A stretch of DNA of 64,000 bases from an uncultured virus (IMG/VR IMGVR_UViG_3300000116_000009) (IMGVR_UViG_3300000116_000009), one strand, 5' to 3'; shown: positions 1-8,986, counted from the first letter of the stretch. The notes: generated by a model from the sequence alone, not told the origin. A program made the numbers and translations.

Positions 1-18
1 CTTCATTTATATCTTTTA

Positions 19-381
19 TTGCAAACACTATATTCAAAGATAGTGAGTAAAAGAAGAAAACTATCAAATTTAAGAATGCTAGGCATTTCTGAAGAGGCTC
101 TTGAACATTTTGTAGATGGTAATAAAGGCTTCTTATTCCTTGAAACCTTAGCAGGTATTAAACAAGCTATAAGACGTAAAAAACCAATTGCGGAAATTTG
201 CAGTATAAACTCTAAAGATGTTATAGCAACAATAGAAAAAGAAGGTTGGGAAAATGCTTTAAGTTCATCCCTAGGATATTTTGAATCCGAAGATCAATTT
301 GAACTATGTAAAGATATTAATACCACACTTAAAATGTTACGTCATGAAAGAACCACTAAGCCAATTAAAAGAATCCCTTGA
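19..381 (+). CDS. hypothetical protein
   Basis: 120 aa ORF from a TTG start (alternative ATG at 76); overlaps next ORF; no motif recognised. Confidence 0.6.
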   Translation: MQTLYSKIVSKRRKLSNLRMLGISEEALEHFVDGNKGFLFLETLAGIKQAIRRKKPIAEICSINSKDVIATIEKEGWENALSSSLGYFESEDQFELCKDINTTLKMLRHERTTKPIKRIP

Positions 382-763
382 TCAATTATTACAAGCCGAT
401 ACTTCAATAAAAAGAAAGAATAAAACTACATTTTTAAAAAAGAAAGATTTATTTCTTAATATTATAAACCATTACGAATCTGCTGTTACAAAATCTTACT
501 TATTAGAAAAAGATTTTAAAATAGATATTTCTAAATACGAAGAAAATTTTCATCAAGTTATAGATTCCTTTATATTACTTAGTTTTGGAAAAGAAGTATA
601 TAATTTATTATCATTTTACTTTTATGAACGTTTCAACCCAGATGGATCAGAAAATGGGTTAATTATAGAAGAAACCGGAAAAGAAATATTTGTAAAAGAT
701 GCTGAAGAGCTTTGGGAAGTAATAGTAAAAATTAAACCAGACATTTTCAATGGCAAAGGGTAG
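344..763 (+). CDS. hypothetical protein
   Basis: ORF track gives 281..763; ATG at 344 chosen to reduce overlap; coupled to the next gene. Confidence 0.65.
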   Translation: MKEPLSQLKESLDQLLQADTSIKRKNKTTFLKKKDLFLNIINHYESAVTKSYLLEKDFKIDISKYEENFHQVIDSFILLSFGKEVYNLLSFYFYERFNPDGSENGLIIEETGKEIFVKDAEELWEVIVKIKPDIFNGKG

Positions 764-1379
764 AAAACCAAAACCAATACTTAAGGATGATATTTTGCGT
801 GCTATGAAAATGACTAAGTCAAATCAAAGCGCTGCTAGGTATTTAGGTATTAGTTATGTTCACTATAAAAGGTATGCTAAAACTTATGTAGATGAAGAAA
901 CATCTAAAACTCTATTTGAAAAACATCTTAACCCAATGGGTAGGGGTATTAGAAAACATTTAGGAGGTAAAGATCCCGATTTAAAAGGTTTAATGGATGG
1001 AGAAATATTTGTTAAATCTTATAGTTTAAATCGTTATAAAGATAGGTTAATACAAAATGGACATATTGAAGAAAAATGTAATAGCTGTAATTTTAATGAA
1101 CAAAGAGTAAATGACTATAAAGCACCATTATTAATTCATTTTAAAGACAAAAACAAAATGAATTGGCGAATTGACAACATAGAACTATTGTGTTATAATT
1201 GTTATTTTCTTCATATTGGAAACGTTTTTAATGAAAAACAAATTAAGAATATAGAAGAAGATGCACCTGTTAAAAAAGATGATACAGTAGATTGGGAAAT
1301 GGACGATAATATGTTAGAACACTTCAAAGATATTGGGCTAGTTACCGATGAAGAAGATGATTTTATAGTTAGATTATAG
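750..1379 (+). CDS. HNH-like zinc-binding protein with N-terminal HTH, catalytic residues degenerate
   Basis: CNSC...LLIHFKDKNKMNWRIDNIELLCYNCY matches the HNH scaffold CxxC..HHxD..N..N..LCxNCH; SNQSAARYLGISY is HTH-like. Confidence 0.7.
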   Translation: MAKGRKPKPILKDDILRAMKMTKSNQSAARYLGISYVHYKRYAKTYVDEETSKTLFEKHLNPMGRGIRKHLGGKDPDLKGLMDGEIFVKSYSLNRYKDRLIQNGHIEEKCNSCNFNEQRVNDYKAPLLIHFKDKNKMNWRIDNIELLCYNCYFLHIGNVFNEKQIKNIEEDAPVKKDDTVDWEMDDNMLEHFKDIGLVTDEEDDFIVRL

Positions 1380-1396
1380 TTTTTATAGTATATACT

Positions 1397-1404
1397 ATAT
1401 TTAT
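1397..1404 (+). promoter_or_regulatory. putative late promoter core ATATTTAT
   Basis: recurrent intergenic 8-mer upstream of ORF 1470. Confidence 0.45.
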
Positions 1405-1469
1405 GATTGGAATTCCTTCACACAATTAAGTTCGGACAGTTATCTATGTCTAACTAAAATCAAATTAAC

Positions 1470-1709
1470 ATGGATTTATTGCAAAAAGTTAGCTCTTGGG
1501 CTAACAAATTAACTGAAGTGGGTGTCAGCGTTGTTGCACTCGGGGTTGTACTCGAAGTGCTATTCAAAGGCGCAGTCATTCCTTTCTGGCCTAACATCTC
1601 CGTAGTAGGTAATATTATGGAAATTTTAGGATCTTTAAGTAATGAAGGGCTGCTAGGATTAGTAGGTGCTTTTATTTTATATCAAATTTTGAAACACAAA
1701 ACTTTATAA
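1470..1709 (+). CDS. small membrane protein (2-3 hydrophobic helices)
   Basis: hydrophobic segments VGVSVVALGVVLEVLF and GLLGLVGAFILYQIL. Confidence 0.75.
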   Translation: MDLLQKVSSWANKLTEVGVSVVALGVVLEVLFKGAVIPFWPNISVVGNIMEILGSLSNEGLLGLVGAFILYQILKHKTL

Positions 1710-1731
1710 AAGAAAGCTTGTTATAGATTAT

Positions 1732-1760
1732 AAGAGGGGGTGTAATTAACCCCCTTTTTT
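1732..1760 (+). terminator. intrinsic terminator
   Basis: GGGGGT-GTAATTA-ACCCCC stem-loop followed by T6. Confidence 0.8.
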
Positions 1761-1761
1761 A

Positions 1762-1769
1762 ATATTTAT
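1762..1769 (+). promoter_or_regulatory. putative late promoter core ATATTTAT
   Basis: directly after the terminator, 28 nt before ATG 1798. Confidence 0.5.
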
Positions 1770-1797
1770 ACCCGTAAACAAATTTAAGTAACTTGTA

Positions 1798-3006
1798 ATG
1801 AAAAGATTATTACTTTTAATCGTTATATTCTTATCAAATCAGTTTTTACAAGCTCAATTTATTGGTGATCTATATAAAGATTTTCTTAAATATGGTACCT
1901 TTTATGCTGCAGGTAAAGCTAAAAATTCATACCAACAACCACGTAAAGATTATTTTCTAGCAAGACCAACTGATGATAACCTATATTCTGGTAATGATAG
2001 AGTTATTGATGTTACTCCTTACTACGAGTTTGATTATACTATCTCAATAGGTATAAGAAAGCTAGCAAGATTTGATTACGAAATTAAAGCTACTAATTTC
2101 TATGATGGAACTGAAAATAATATAGGCCTTTCAGCACCCACTTCAGCTTTTAAAGGCCTTGAATATTTACTTAACTGGGAAAAAGAAAGACAAAGGGGAG
2201 AAATATTCATGAATACCCGATATTTTATAAGACATACTGGAAAATATCATATTGCAAAACTAGAACATAGAGAACAAGGTAATATAGGATTTAAATTCCA
2301 ATCAGCAGAATTAAGAGCCAGACTTCCAATAGGTTCTAAATTCTCTATATCAGCGGGTGCTATATATAGAACACATCAAGAAGCATTTGGGTATGTTCCT
2401 ATAGAATTATGGTTAAATGAAGAAATAGTAGATGATAATGGAGAAAATGTTCCTAAAAATGTATGGTATACATTAGGATATGAATACGGTTATCAAGACG
2501 TATATTATGAAGCAATCTCTAATGACCCTAATACAGGTGAAGAGATTATAACTGAAGATTATTATTGGAATGGCCCTCAAGGACAAACAGTAGCTTTTAC
2601 TGATTTAGATTTTAGACAAAGCATTTATAAAGATTTAGTTAAAGAATTTAATAATCTATTTTGGGATGAATTAGATGCATTTGGTGAAGTAACTCCAATT
2701 GTAGGGTTTGATTTTTATCACTATGGTAAAAAGTTTTGGTTACATACCTATGGTAGTTATTATTTACCATTCCATCAATATATAAAGGGTTATGAAGAGT
2801 TTAGTTACTTAAATAGAAACAACTGGGGTAAAGGTGGGTTAAGAAAAGATGCAAATTTAGAACAATGGAATGACTATCAATTTGGTTTAATCCTTGGTTG
2901 GAAATTAACCCAAAACATAGGAGTATTTGCTGAAGGAGAATATAATAAAATGTGGGACAGAGAGTTTTTTACCTCTAATGTTGGAATTAACTTTACCTTT
3001 AAATAA
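1798..3006 (+). CDS. putative outer-membrane beta-barrel protein
   Basis: signal peptide MKRLLLLIVIFLSNQFLQA-Q; aromatic-rich amphipathic beta strands; C-terminal VGINFTFK resembles a beta-signal. Confidence 0.65.
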   Translation: MKRLLLLIVIFLSNQFLQAQFIGDLYKDFLKYGTFYAAGKAKNSYQQPRKDYFLARPTDDNLYSGNDRVIDVTPYYEFDYTISIGIRKLARFDYEIKATNFYDGTENNIGLSAPTSAFKGLEYLLNWEKERQRGEIFMNTRYFIRHTGKYHIAKLEHREQGNIGFKFQSAELRARLPIGSKFSISAGAIYRTHQEAFGYVPIELWLNEEIVDDNGENVPKNVWYTLGYEYGYQDVYYEAISNDPNTGEEIITEDYYWNGPQGQTVAFTDLDFRQSIYKDLVKEFNNLFWDELDAFGEVTPIVGFDFYHYGKKFWLHTYGSYYLPFHQYIKGYEEFSYLNRNNWGKGGLRKDANLEQWNDYQFGLILGWKLTQNIGVFAEGEYNKMWDREFFTSNVGINFTFK

Positions 3007-3548
3007 TGAAAAAATTACTACTATTATTAATACTACCATTACTGTGGGCTTGTCAAAAAGAAGAACCTGTAATACTTGAACCAACCTTTGAACTAACCTT
3101 AAATGGTAACGTTATAGATACTGATAGTTTCTATAGAGTAATTAATACATACGGGGGTATTAAAACAGAAGATGGAGTTACAACCAAATTATTTGTACTT
3201 TATTTACAAAGAGATGAAGGTAACCCAAGATTAAACTCAGAACACTTTGCAGTAATACTTAAAGATACAAACGCTATAGATAATGGAATTCTTTTAGATA
3301 TAGGTACTTATGACCATTTAGGTACTGATTCAAAGCAAACATCTCTAGAAATCCCAGGTCCTGATGATTATATTGTACAAGCAACATCATTAGTTCAAGA
3401 TATACATAATGGGTTAATATGTTTGGATGCTTCAGGAGAATTCTGGAATCCTTACCAACAAGCCTTTTATACAGTAACAGCAAAATTAGAAAACTATCCA
3501 ATAGGTCAAGATGTTGAATCTACTCCTTATGGATATTTATTAGATTAA
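3006..3548 (+). CDS. lipoprotein
   Basis: MKKLLLLLILPLLWA-C followed by QKEE (Bacteroidota lipoprotein export-like signal). Confidence 0.75.
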   Translation: MKKLLLLLILPLLWACQKEEPVILEPTFELTLNGNVIDTDSFYRVINTYGGIKTEDGVTTKLFVLYLQRDEGNPRLNSEHFAVILKDTNAIDNGILLDIGTYDHLGTDSKQTSLEIPGPDDYIVQATSLVQDIHNGLICLDASGEFWNPYQQAFYTVTAKLENYPIGQDVESTPYGYLLD

Positions 3549-3551
3549 AAA

Positions 3552-3869
3552 ATGGCAAAAAAAGTAGATAATGTATCAGTAGGAGTAGACGTAGATGGTG
3601 ATGGAAAACCAGACTTTGCATTCGATTTAAAAACTATAGGAATGTTTGTAGTTGGTATATCTACTGTAATCGGTATGTGGTTTACTTTAAAAGCTGATAT
3701 TGAAGAAGCAAAAGCATTACCTAAACCAACTATTGAACGTGTAGAATATGATTTAAAAGATGAACTAATCCGTCAAACAATAATAGATACACAAGAAGAT
3801 GTAGAAGCTATATTAGAGGAATTGAAGATAATGGATGAAAGATTATACGAGTTATCTAAAAAACAATGA
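3552..3869 (+). CDS. single-pass membrane protein with C-terminal coiled coil
   Basis: DVDGDGKPD Ca-loop-like motif, TM IGMFVVGISTVIGMWFTL, heptad-like C-terminus. Confidence 0.7.
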   Translation: MAKKVDNVSVGVDVDGDGKPDFAFDLKTIGMFVVGISTVIGMWFTLKADIEEAKALPKPTIERVEYDLKDELIRQTIIDTQEDVEAILEELKIMDERLYELSKKQ

Positions 3870-3882
3870 TGAAAAATATACG

Positions 3883-4260
3883 ATGAAAAATCTATTAGTC
3901 TTACTTTTATTAGCTTTAAGCAGCAGTCTTTACTCTCAAGAATTTATTACTGATGCTAATTTTAAAGATAAAATAAATAGTTCAAATATAGTTATAGTTG
4001 AATTCTGGGCTGAATTTAACCAAGATAATGCTTTTAGTGAGTGGAGCAAAATAAAAGGAGGCCCGTATTACCGAGTAAATATTTCTGATGCACCATCAGC
4101 TAAAAAGAAATATAAAATTAGAATGGCTCCTACAATAATTATATTTAAAGATGGAGATAAAAATAAAGTATTCAAAGCAGGGTTAGATTTATTATTCCCC
4201 TCAAATTTAAATAATATTAATAAAGCAATAGAAGAAGCTAAATTAGCTGATAAATTTTAA
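3883..4260 (+). CDS. exported thioredoxin-fold protein lacking CxxC
   Basis: signal peptide from ATG 3883; ITDANFKDKI..IVIVEFWAEF..YKIRMAPTIIIFKDG follows the thioredoxin pattern; no Cys in the protein. Confidence 0.7.
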   Translation: MKNLLVLLLLALSSSLYSQEFITDANFKDKINSSNIVIVEFWAEFNQDNAFSEWSKIKGGPYYRVNISDAPSAKKKYKIRMAPTIIIFKDGDKNKVFKAGLDLLFPSNLNNINKAIEEAKLADKF

Positions 4261-4264
4261 AATT

Positions 4265-4579
4265 ATGCAAGAAACATTATCTCAAAAACAAAAAAGTACT
4301 AATAAAAATAGATTTGTAATTACTACTGTTGTATTAATTACTTTTATGGTTATTATGTTTGGAATAGGTTTAGCATTGTTTAACCAAGCTCCTATGAGTG
4401 GAGAATGGAAAGAAACTTTATTCTTAGTTTTAGGAGCATTTATTGCTTCTTACGGTAAAATTATAGATTTTTGGTTTAACGCTAGTGATGATGACGGTAT
4501 ACCAGGATACACAGCACCACCCGAAGAAGATGAAGGACCTAAATTTTGTGATAATTGTGGTGACTCTATAGAATATTAA
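4265..4579 (+). CDS. two-TM membrane protein, holin candidate
   Basis: two hydrophobic helices, acidic tail with CDNC, immediately upstream of the amidase. Confidence 0.5.
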   Translation: MQETLSQKQKSTNKNRFVITTVVLITFMVIMFGIGLALFNQAPMSGEWKETLFLVLGAFIASYGKIIDFWFNASDDDGIPGYTAPPEEDEGPKFCDNCGDSIEY

Positions 4580-4585
4580 TAAATT

Positions 4586-5074
4586 ATGCCCATTAAGCCC
4601 AAAGGAGTTATAATTCATTCAATGGCCGAATATCTAAAAATAGATAGCGGACCAGTAAAAGCACCTGACTTTCTTAAATCAGTAAGACTTTCCGTTCATG
4701 GATTTATCCACCCAGATGGTACTTATGAAAATATGGTTAAATCCCCAGGTAGAGCTTACCACGCTGGAACATCATCTTGGAATGGTTTAAAACATTTAAA
4801 TAGTCACTATTTAGGTTTTGAATTATTAGTTCCTGGTACACATGATTATGGAAGTTTTTTAAAAGCTATAAAAAAACCTGGAACATATACTCAAGCACAA
4901 TTTGATTGTGCAGTTAAAGTATGTAAATATTGGATTAAATTATATAATATTCCCGTTGATAATATAGTTCGCCACTCAGATTGCTCAGGTGACCATGTTC
5001 GTGGTAAAGGTAAAGGTAAAAGTGATCCTGGTGCTGCATTTGATTGGAATGCCTTTAAAGAAGCATTAAAGTAA
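4586..5074 (+). CDS. N-acetylmuramoyl-L-alanine amidase (Amidase_2), probable endolysin
   Basis: IIHS..SVH..AYHAG..LGFE..IVRHSD..KSDPG zinc amidase motifs. Confidence 0.88.
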   Translation: MPIKPKGVIIHSMAEYLKIDSGPVKAPDFLKSVRLSVHGFIHPDGTYENMVKSPGRAYHAGTSSWNGLKHLNSHYLGFELLVPGTHDYGSFLKAIKKPGTYTQAQFDCAVKVCKYWIKLYNIPVDNIVRHSDCSGDHVRGKGKGKSDPGAAFDWNAFKEALK

Positions 5075-5085
5075 TACACAGGAAA

Positions 5086-5120
5086 TTTGGCTACGCAACA
5101 GGCAATTCGTATATTCACGG
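5086..5120 (+). promoter_or_regulatory. early (host sigma-type) promoter
   Basis: TTTGG-N19-TATATTCACGG, followed by leader AAAATAAAGGTTATG. Confidence 0.75.
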
Positions 5121-5146
5121 TATATTAATAAATAAAAATAAAGGTT

Positions 5147-5950
5147 ATGCTAAATTATGAAAATTCAGAGTTTAAAAGTTTAGAGGAGTTAAAAGAAACA
5201 ACTCCATCTATTTTTACACAAACAGGTAGTGATAATACTTCAAAAAAGTATACACATATTCCAACAGATATAGTAATTAAAGATTTAGAATTACTAGGTT
5301 GGGGTGTTGTAGATGCTAAAGAAGTAAAAGCAAGAAAACAAGTAGGTTTTCAAAAACACTTAGTTGTATTTCGTAATCCGGACGTAGTAATTAACGGAAA
5401 AAACGAGGATATAGTGTATCCACAAATTTTATTAACTAATTCACACGATGGAAAAAATTCATTTAGTTTCCAAGCTGGTTTATTTAGAATGATTTGTGAA
5501 AATGGTTTAGTAATTGCAACAAAAGAATTTGCAAGCCATAAAGTTCGTCATATGGGTTATGATTTCGAAACATTACAAGGTGTAATTAAAGAAATGATTT
5601 TAAAACTTGATTTAACAGTTGAATCAATGAATAAAATGAAAGCAACCGAATTAACTGAAGAACAAACATTAGAATTTGCTAAACAGTTACTTGAAATTAG
5701 AGTTGCTGGTTCTAATAATAAATTTGGTAGTGAATCAATTGCTGATGTTTTAATGCCCCAACGTAAAGAAGATAAGGGTAATTGTTTATGGGAAGTATTT
5801 AATCGTGTTCAAGAAAATATTGTTGAAGGTAACTTCCAATATTTAACCCCAAAAGGTAAGCTTAGACAAGCAAGATTAATTAAGAATTTTAAACAAGATA
5901 TGAATATTAATTCTAAAATGTATGAACAAGCATTAACATTTGCTGCTTAA
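5147..5950 (+). CDS. DUF932/DUF945-family protein
   Basis: SKKYTHIPT..KHLVVFR..LLTNSHDGKNSF.FQAGLFRMICENGLV..LWEVFNRVQENI. Confidence 0.8.
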   Translation: MLNYENSEFKSLEELKETTPSIFTQTGSDNTSKKYTHIPTDIVIKDLELLGWGVVDAKEVKARKQVGFQKHLVVFRNPDVVINGKNEDIVYPQILLTNSHDGKNSFSFQAGLFRMICENGLVIATKEFASHKVRHMGYDFETLQGVIKEMILKLDLTVESMNKMKATELTEEQTLEFAKQLLEIRVAGSNNKFGSESIADVLMPQRKEDKGNCLWEVFNRVQENIVEGNFQYLTPKGKLRQARLIKNFKQDMNINSKMYEQALTFAA

Positions 5951-5962
5951 TCAAAAATTTTA

Positions 5963-5981
5963 TGCCCCCCATAGGGGGGCA
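5963..5981 (+). terminator. GC-rich hairpin, probable terminator
   Basis: TGCCCCCC-ATA-GGGGGGCA after stop codon; only a weak U tract; ATATTTAT follows at 5982-5989. Confidence 0.6.
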
Positions 5982-6010
5982 ATATTTATTAACATATAAT
6001 AAACCAAATT

Positions 6011-6685
6011 ATGAACATGTCACCAGAAGAAAACTCAAAATTTAATCGACTCGATAAAGATGATCAACTTAAATTATCTGCAGTAATGCAAATGATTCAA
6101 AAGGAAAAAGATAATGCTAAAAAAGAAGATGTAAATGAAATAACAGGTGAAACTTTAGACCGTATTGATGGTTTAATAGATCAACCTTTATTAATAGGTT
6201 TTTTAGATAAATTCGAAGAAATTTATTATGATTTTATAGAACAAGGTGAAGAATTTGAAGTTGGTGATGTGATCACTTTTCTAGAAAAAATGCTCTACGA
6301 TCGTGCTGAGGATGCTAGAATGGAAGATCAATTACCTGATGGTTTTAGTGAAGCTTCAGGTGAAATAGGAGTAGATCAACAAGGTGATACTACAAGAGAC
6401 GTAAATGTTACTGATGACACTTCTATGTACGATCCTTTAAAAGAAGATAAAACACAAATGAAAACTATAGTGTCATTCTTAAAAAAGAATAAAGGCGCTT
6501 CAGATGAAGAAATAAAAGGCTTTATAAAAACTCATAAAGATGATATTAAAGATATGACTATGAGTGAAATTGAAGATGAATTTAGTGAATACATTGCAGT
6601 TAATTCAGATTCTGTTGATGAAGGAATAGAGTGGTTTCAAAAGATAGGTGGTATAGTTCCACTTGGAGGAGGAAACTTAATGTAA
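6011..6685 (+). CDS. acidic hypothetical protein (possible virion/late protein)
   Basis: 224 aa D/E-rich ORF preceded by ATATTTAT. Confidence 0.7.
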   Translation: MNMSPEENSKFNRLDKDDQLKLSAVMQMIQKEKDNAKKEDVNEITGETLDRIDGLIDQPLLIGFLDKFEEIYYDFIEQGEEFEVGDVITFLEKMLYDRAEDARMEDQLPDGFSEASGEIGVDQQGDTTRDVNVTDDTSMYDPLKEDKTQMKTIVSFLKKNKGASDEEIKGFIKTHKDDIKDMTMSEIEDEFSEYIAVNSDSVDEGIEWFQKIGGIVPLGGGNLM

Positions 6686-6687
6686 AG

Positions 6688-6722
6688 TTTGGAGTAGCAG
6701 AAATTTTTTTGTATATTCACGG
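6688..6722 (+). promoter_or_regulatory. early promoter
   Basis: TTTGG-N19-TATATTCACGG, leader AAAATAAAGGTTATATG. Confidence 0.72.
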
Positions 6723-6739
6723 GTAAAAATAAAGGTTAT

Positions 6740-7180
6740 ATGGCGTTAATGCAATTTTCTAATAAGAATAAACACGGTAATACAAGAAGCCGTTTAATTT
6801 ATTCCGAATCCACTTCAATAGGATTCAATCCCACTGGTTTTGGTAGTTTTATAGCAGTTAATCTATTTAAATATGACTATGAACACTCAGTTATGCCCCC
6901 ACATTTATTTGTAGACCTAAAAGGAGATAAGTATATTGTTCCTTCATGGCAAAAAGTTCACCCAAAAACTGAACTTAAAGATATTAACTGGATAAAACCA
7001 AAAATTAAAAAACAAGAAAATAAAAAATGGAAATTCAAATCATCAAGTAGTGATAAAGAATATACTGTTACACAGGTTGATTCTAATACCTTGAGATGTA
7101 CATGTCCTGGTTCTTGGAGAGCTAAAAGAGAAGTAGGATGTAAACACGTTCAAAAAGTTAGAGCAAGTTTAACTAAATAA
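6740..7180 (+). CDS. SWIM zinc-finger protein
   Basis: SSSSDKEYTV..CTCPG..GCKHV (CxC..CxH). Confidence 0.8.
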   Translation: MALMQFSNKNKHGNTRSRLIYSESTSIGFNPTGFGSFIAVNLFKYDYEHSVMPPHLFVDLKGDKYIVPSWQKVHPKTELKDINWIKPKIKKQENKKWKFKSSSSDKEYTVTQVDSNTLRCTCPGSWRAKREVGCKHVQKVRASLTK

Positions 7181-7185
7181 TATAT

Positions 7186-7782
7186 ATGAGAAAACCCCTA
7201 ACAATGGTTTTAATTATCTTTGGAATGTTATTAGCCTCAGCAATGGTAAACATTACTCAAATAAGACATTTCCCACAAACATCAGAATTAAAAATAAATG
7301 TATCTGATGTTAAATTTGAAATGATAAAAGTCCAAGTAGAAGCACAATATGATATTGTGATAAAAAACCACTATTCGTTTTTACATGATATTGGATTTAG
7401 AGAATCTACTAATAATTATAAAGCTGTTAATAAATTTGGATATTTAGGTAAATATCAATTTGGTAGAAAAACTTTAAATGCAATTGGATTTAAAGAGATT
7501 ACTAATAGACAATTTCTATCAGAACCTAAAATTCAAGAAGAAGCAATGTTAATTTTATTAAAAAAGAATAAACGTACGCTTCGTAGAGAAATTAGAAAAT
7601 ATGTTGGAAAAACTATAAGTGGTATTTACATTACCGAATCAGGAATATTAGCAGCAGCACATTTAGGTGGAGCAGGTAGTGTTCGAAAATTTTTCCGTAA
7701 TGGTAAAGATTTTAAAGATGGATTAGGTACCCCTATAACGTCTTATATGGCATTATTTTCGGGATATAATTTAAATATATAA
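7186..7782 (+). CDS. lysozyme-like/transglycosylase-fold peptidoglycan hydrolase with N-terminal signal anchor
   Basis: GFRES.NNY.AVNKFGYLGKYQFG and LAAAHLGGAG motifs; hydrophobic N-terminus. Confidence 0.7.
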   Translation: MRKPLTMVLIIFGMLLASAMVNITQIRHFPQTSELKINVSDVKFEMIKVQVEAQYDIVIKNHYSFLHDIGFRESTNNYKAVNKFGYLGKYQFGRKTLNAIGFKEITNRQFLSEPKIQEEAMLILLKKNKRTLRREIRKYVGKTISGIYITESGILAAAHLGGAGSVRKFFRNGKDFKDGLGTPITSYMALFSGYNLNI

Positions 7783-7786
7783 ATTA

Positions 7787-8125
7787 ATGAAAGTAGGTTC
7801 TTATGTTGTATGTACAGATGATAAATTTAGTGCTGAACAGTTAACTAAATTACAAACTATACCTAAAGAGGGTGACTATTATACTATTAGAGATATAGTA
7901 GAGTACCCAAATTTAGGTAGAGCAGGTGTTCGTTTAGAAGAAATATCTAATCCTGATGTTACATTAAGTGATGGGACAATACATGAACCAACTTTTAGTA
8001 TATTTAGATTTATGGAATTAGAAATTCCACCTAGCATAGAACAAGAAATAAGTGAAGTATTAGATCAAGAACTTGAATTAGTTGAAACTGAAGATGACGG
8101 ACTACTTAGAAAAATTCGTAATTAA
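7787..8125 (+). CDS. hypothetical protein (SH3/KOW-like N-terminus)
   Basis: MKVGSYVVC..EGDYYTIRDI pattern; acidic tail. Confidence 0.65.
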   Translation: MKVGSYVVCTDDKFSAEQLTKLQTIPKEGDYYTIRDIVEYPNLGRAGVRLEEISNPDVTLSDGTIHEPTFSIFRFMELEIPPSIEQEISEVLDQELELVETEDDGLLRKIRN

Positions 8126-8312
8126 ACAAATCGAACATTACATCCCAGATGGTATAGATGATATTACTCATATTCATTCAAGAGCATTTATGTTTGAAAT
8201 AGTTATAACACTACTAAAACAAAAAAAAGTTCCTGTAAAATTATCTGTTATTAAATATTTATGTATGAATTATAAAGAGATGATTTATAGTAAATTATCT
8301 GTATTAAATTAA
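8094..8312 (+). CDS. hypothetical protein
   Basis: ORF track 8082..8312; ATG at 8094. Confidence 0.55.
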   Translation: MTDYLEKFVIKQIEHYIPDGIDDITHIHSRAFMFEIVITLLKQKKVPVKLSVIKYLCMNYKEMIYSKLSVLN

Positions 8313-8325
8313 AACTACTATTATT

Positions 8326-8556
8326 ATGATAAATCTATTAGTTATTGCTTGTACAATTTTATTAATCGCTTTGATTGGCACAGTAATTGCTGCTAAAAAA
8401 GGATGGTTAGCTGACCGTGATAATGACGGTTTTGCTGATATCATAGAGGATAAATTTGATGAAGTAGAAGATTGGGTTGAAGATAAAGTTGATGATGTTA
8501 AAGAAGCAACTAAAAAAATTACCCGAAAAAAACCAGGTCGTAAACCTAAAAAATAA
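8326..8556 (+). CDS. membrane-anchored small protein
   Basis: N-terminal TM, DRDNDGFAD loop, basic C-terminus. Confidence 0.7.
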   Translation: MINLLVIACTILLIALIGTVIAAKKGWLADRDNDGFADIIEDKFDEVEDWVEDKVDDVKEATKKITRKKPGRKPKK

Positions 8557-8577
8557 ATAAAAACATATTAAAAATAA

Positions 8578-8609
8578 TTTGGCTCCATTAAGGAGCCTTT
8601 TTATATTGA
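8578..8609 (+). promoter_or_regulatory. early/middle promoter whose spacer is a terminator-like hairpin
   Basis: TTTGG-N19-TATATTGA; GGCTCC-ATTAA-GGAGCC-TTTTT at 8581-8602. Confidence 0.68.
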
Positions 8610-8630
8610 CGCAAACAAAAATATAAACAT

Positions 8631-8837
8631 ATGTCATATTATTCAGTATTAGTTGAGTTGGAAGGTGAACCAAAAAGAAATGGTGCACCAACTAAAATCC
8701 GAGAAATGTATTTAGTGGATGCTATGTCCGTAACAGAAGCAGAAACTAAAACTGTAGCTAAATTACGAGATGAGGGAACTCTTCAAGATTTTCGTGTTAC
8801 TAAATCAAATGAAACTAAATACTTAGCTGTAATATAA
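8631..8837 (+). CDS. DUF4494-like protein (Bacteroidota family)
   Basis: EMYLVDAMSVTEAE matches the DUF4494 signature YLVDAxSxTEAE. Confidence 0.7.
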   Translation: MSYYSVLVELEGEPKRNGAPTKIREMYLVDAMSVTEAETKTVAKLRDEGTLQDFRVTKSNETKYLAVI

Positions 8838-8986
8838 TGTCTATTCTTGATACAAAAATAGATATATATAGAGAGGTAATTAAGATTGTTGATCAACAGG
8901 AAGCTAAGGGCAAAGGATTAAATTCAATCCGTAAAAAACTAAATAAAAAAATAGAACAAATAGAATATTTAAAAAGTTATAATTAA
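8837..8986 (+). CDS. small hypothetical protein (49 aa, not in ORF track)
   Basis: ATG overlaps previous stop (TAATG); MSILDTKIDIYREVIKIVDQQ... Confidence 0.55.
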   Translation: MSILDTKIDIYREVIKIVDQQEAKGKGLNSIRKKLNKKIEQIEYLKSYN

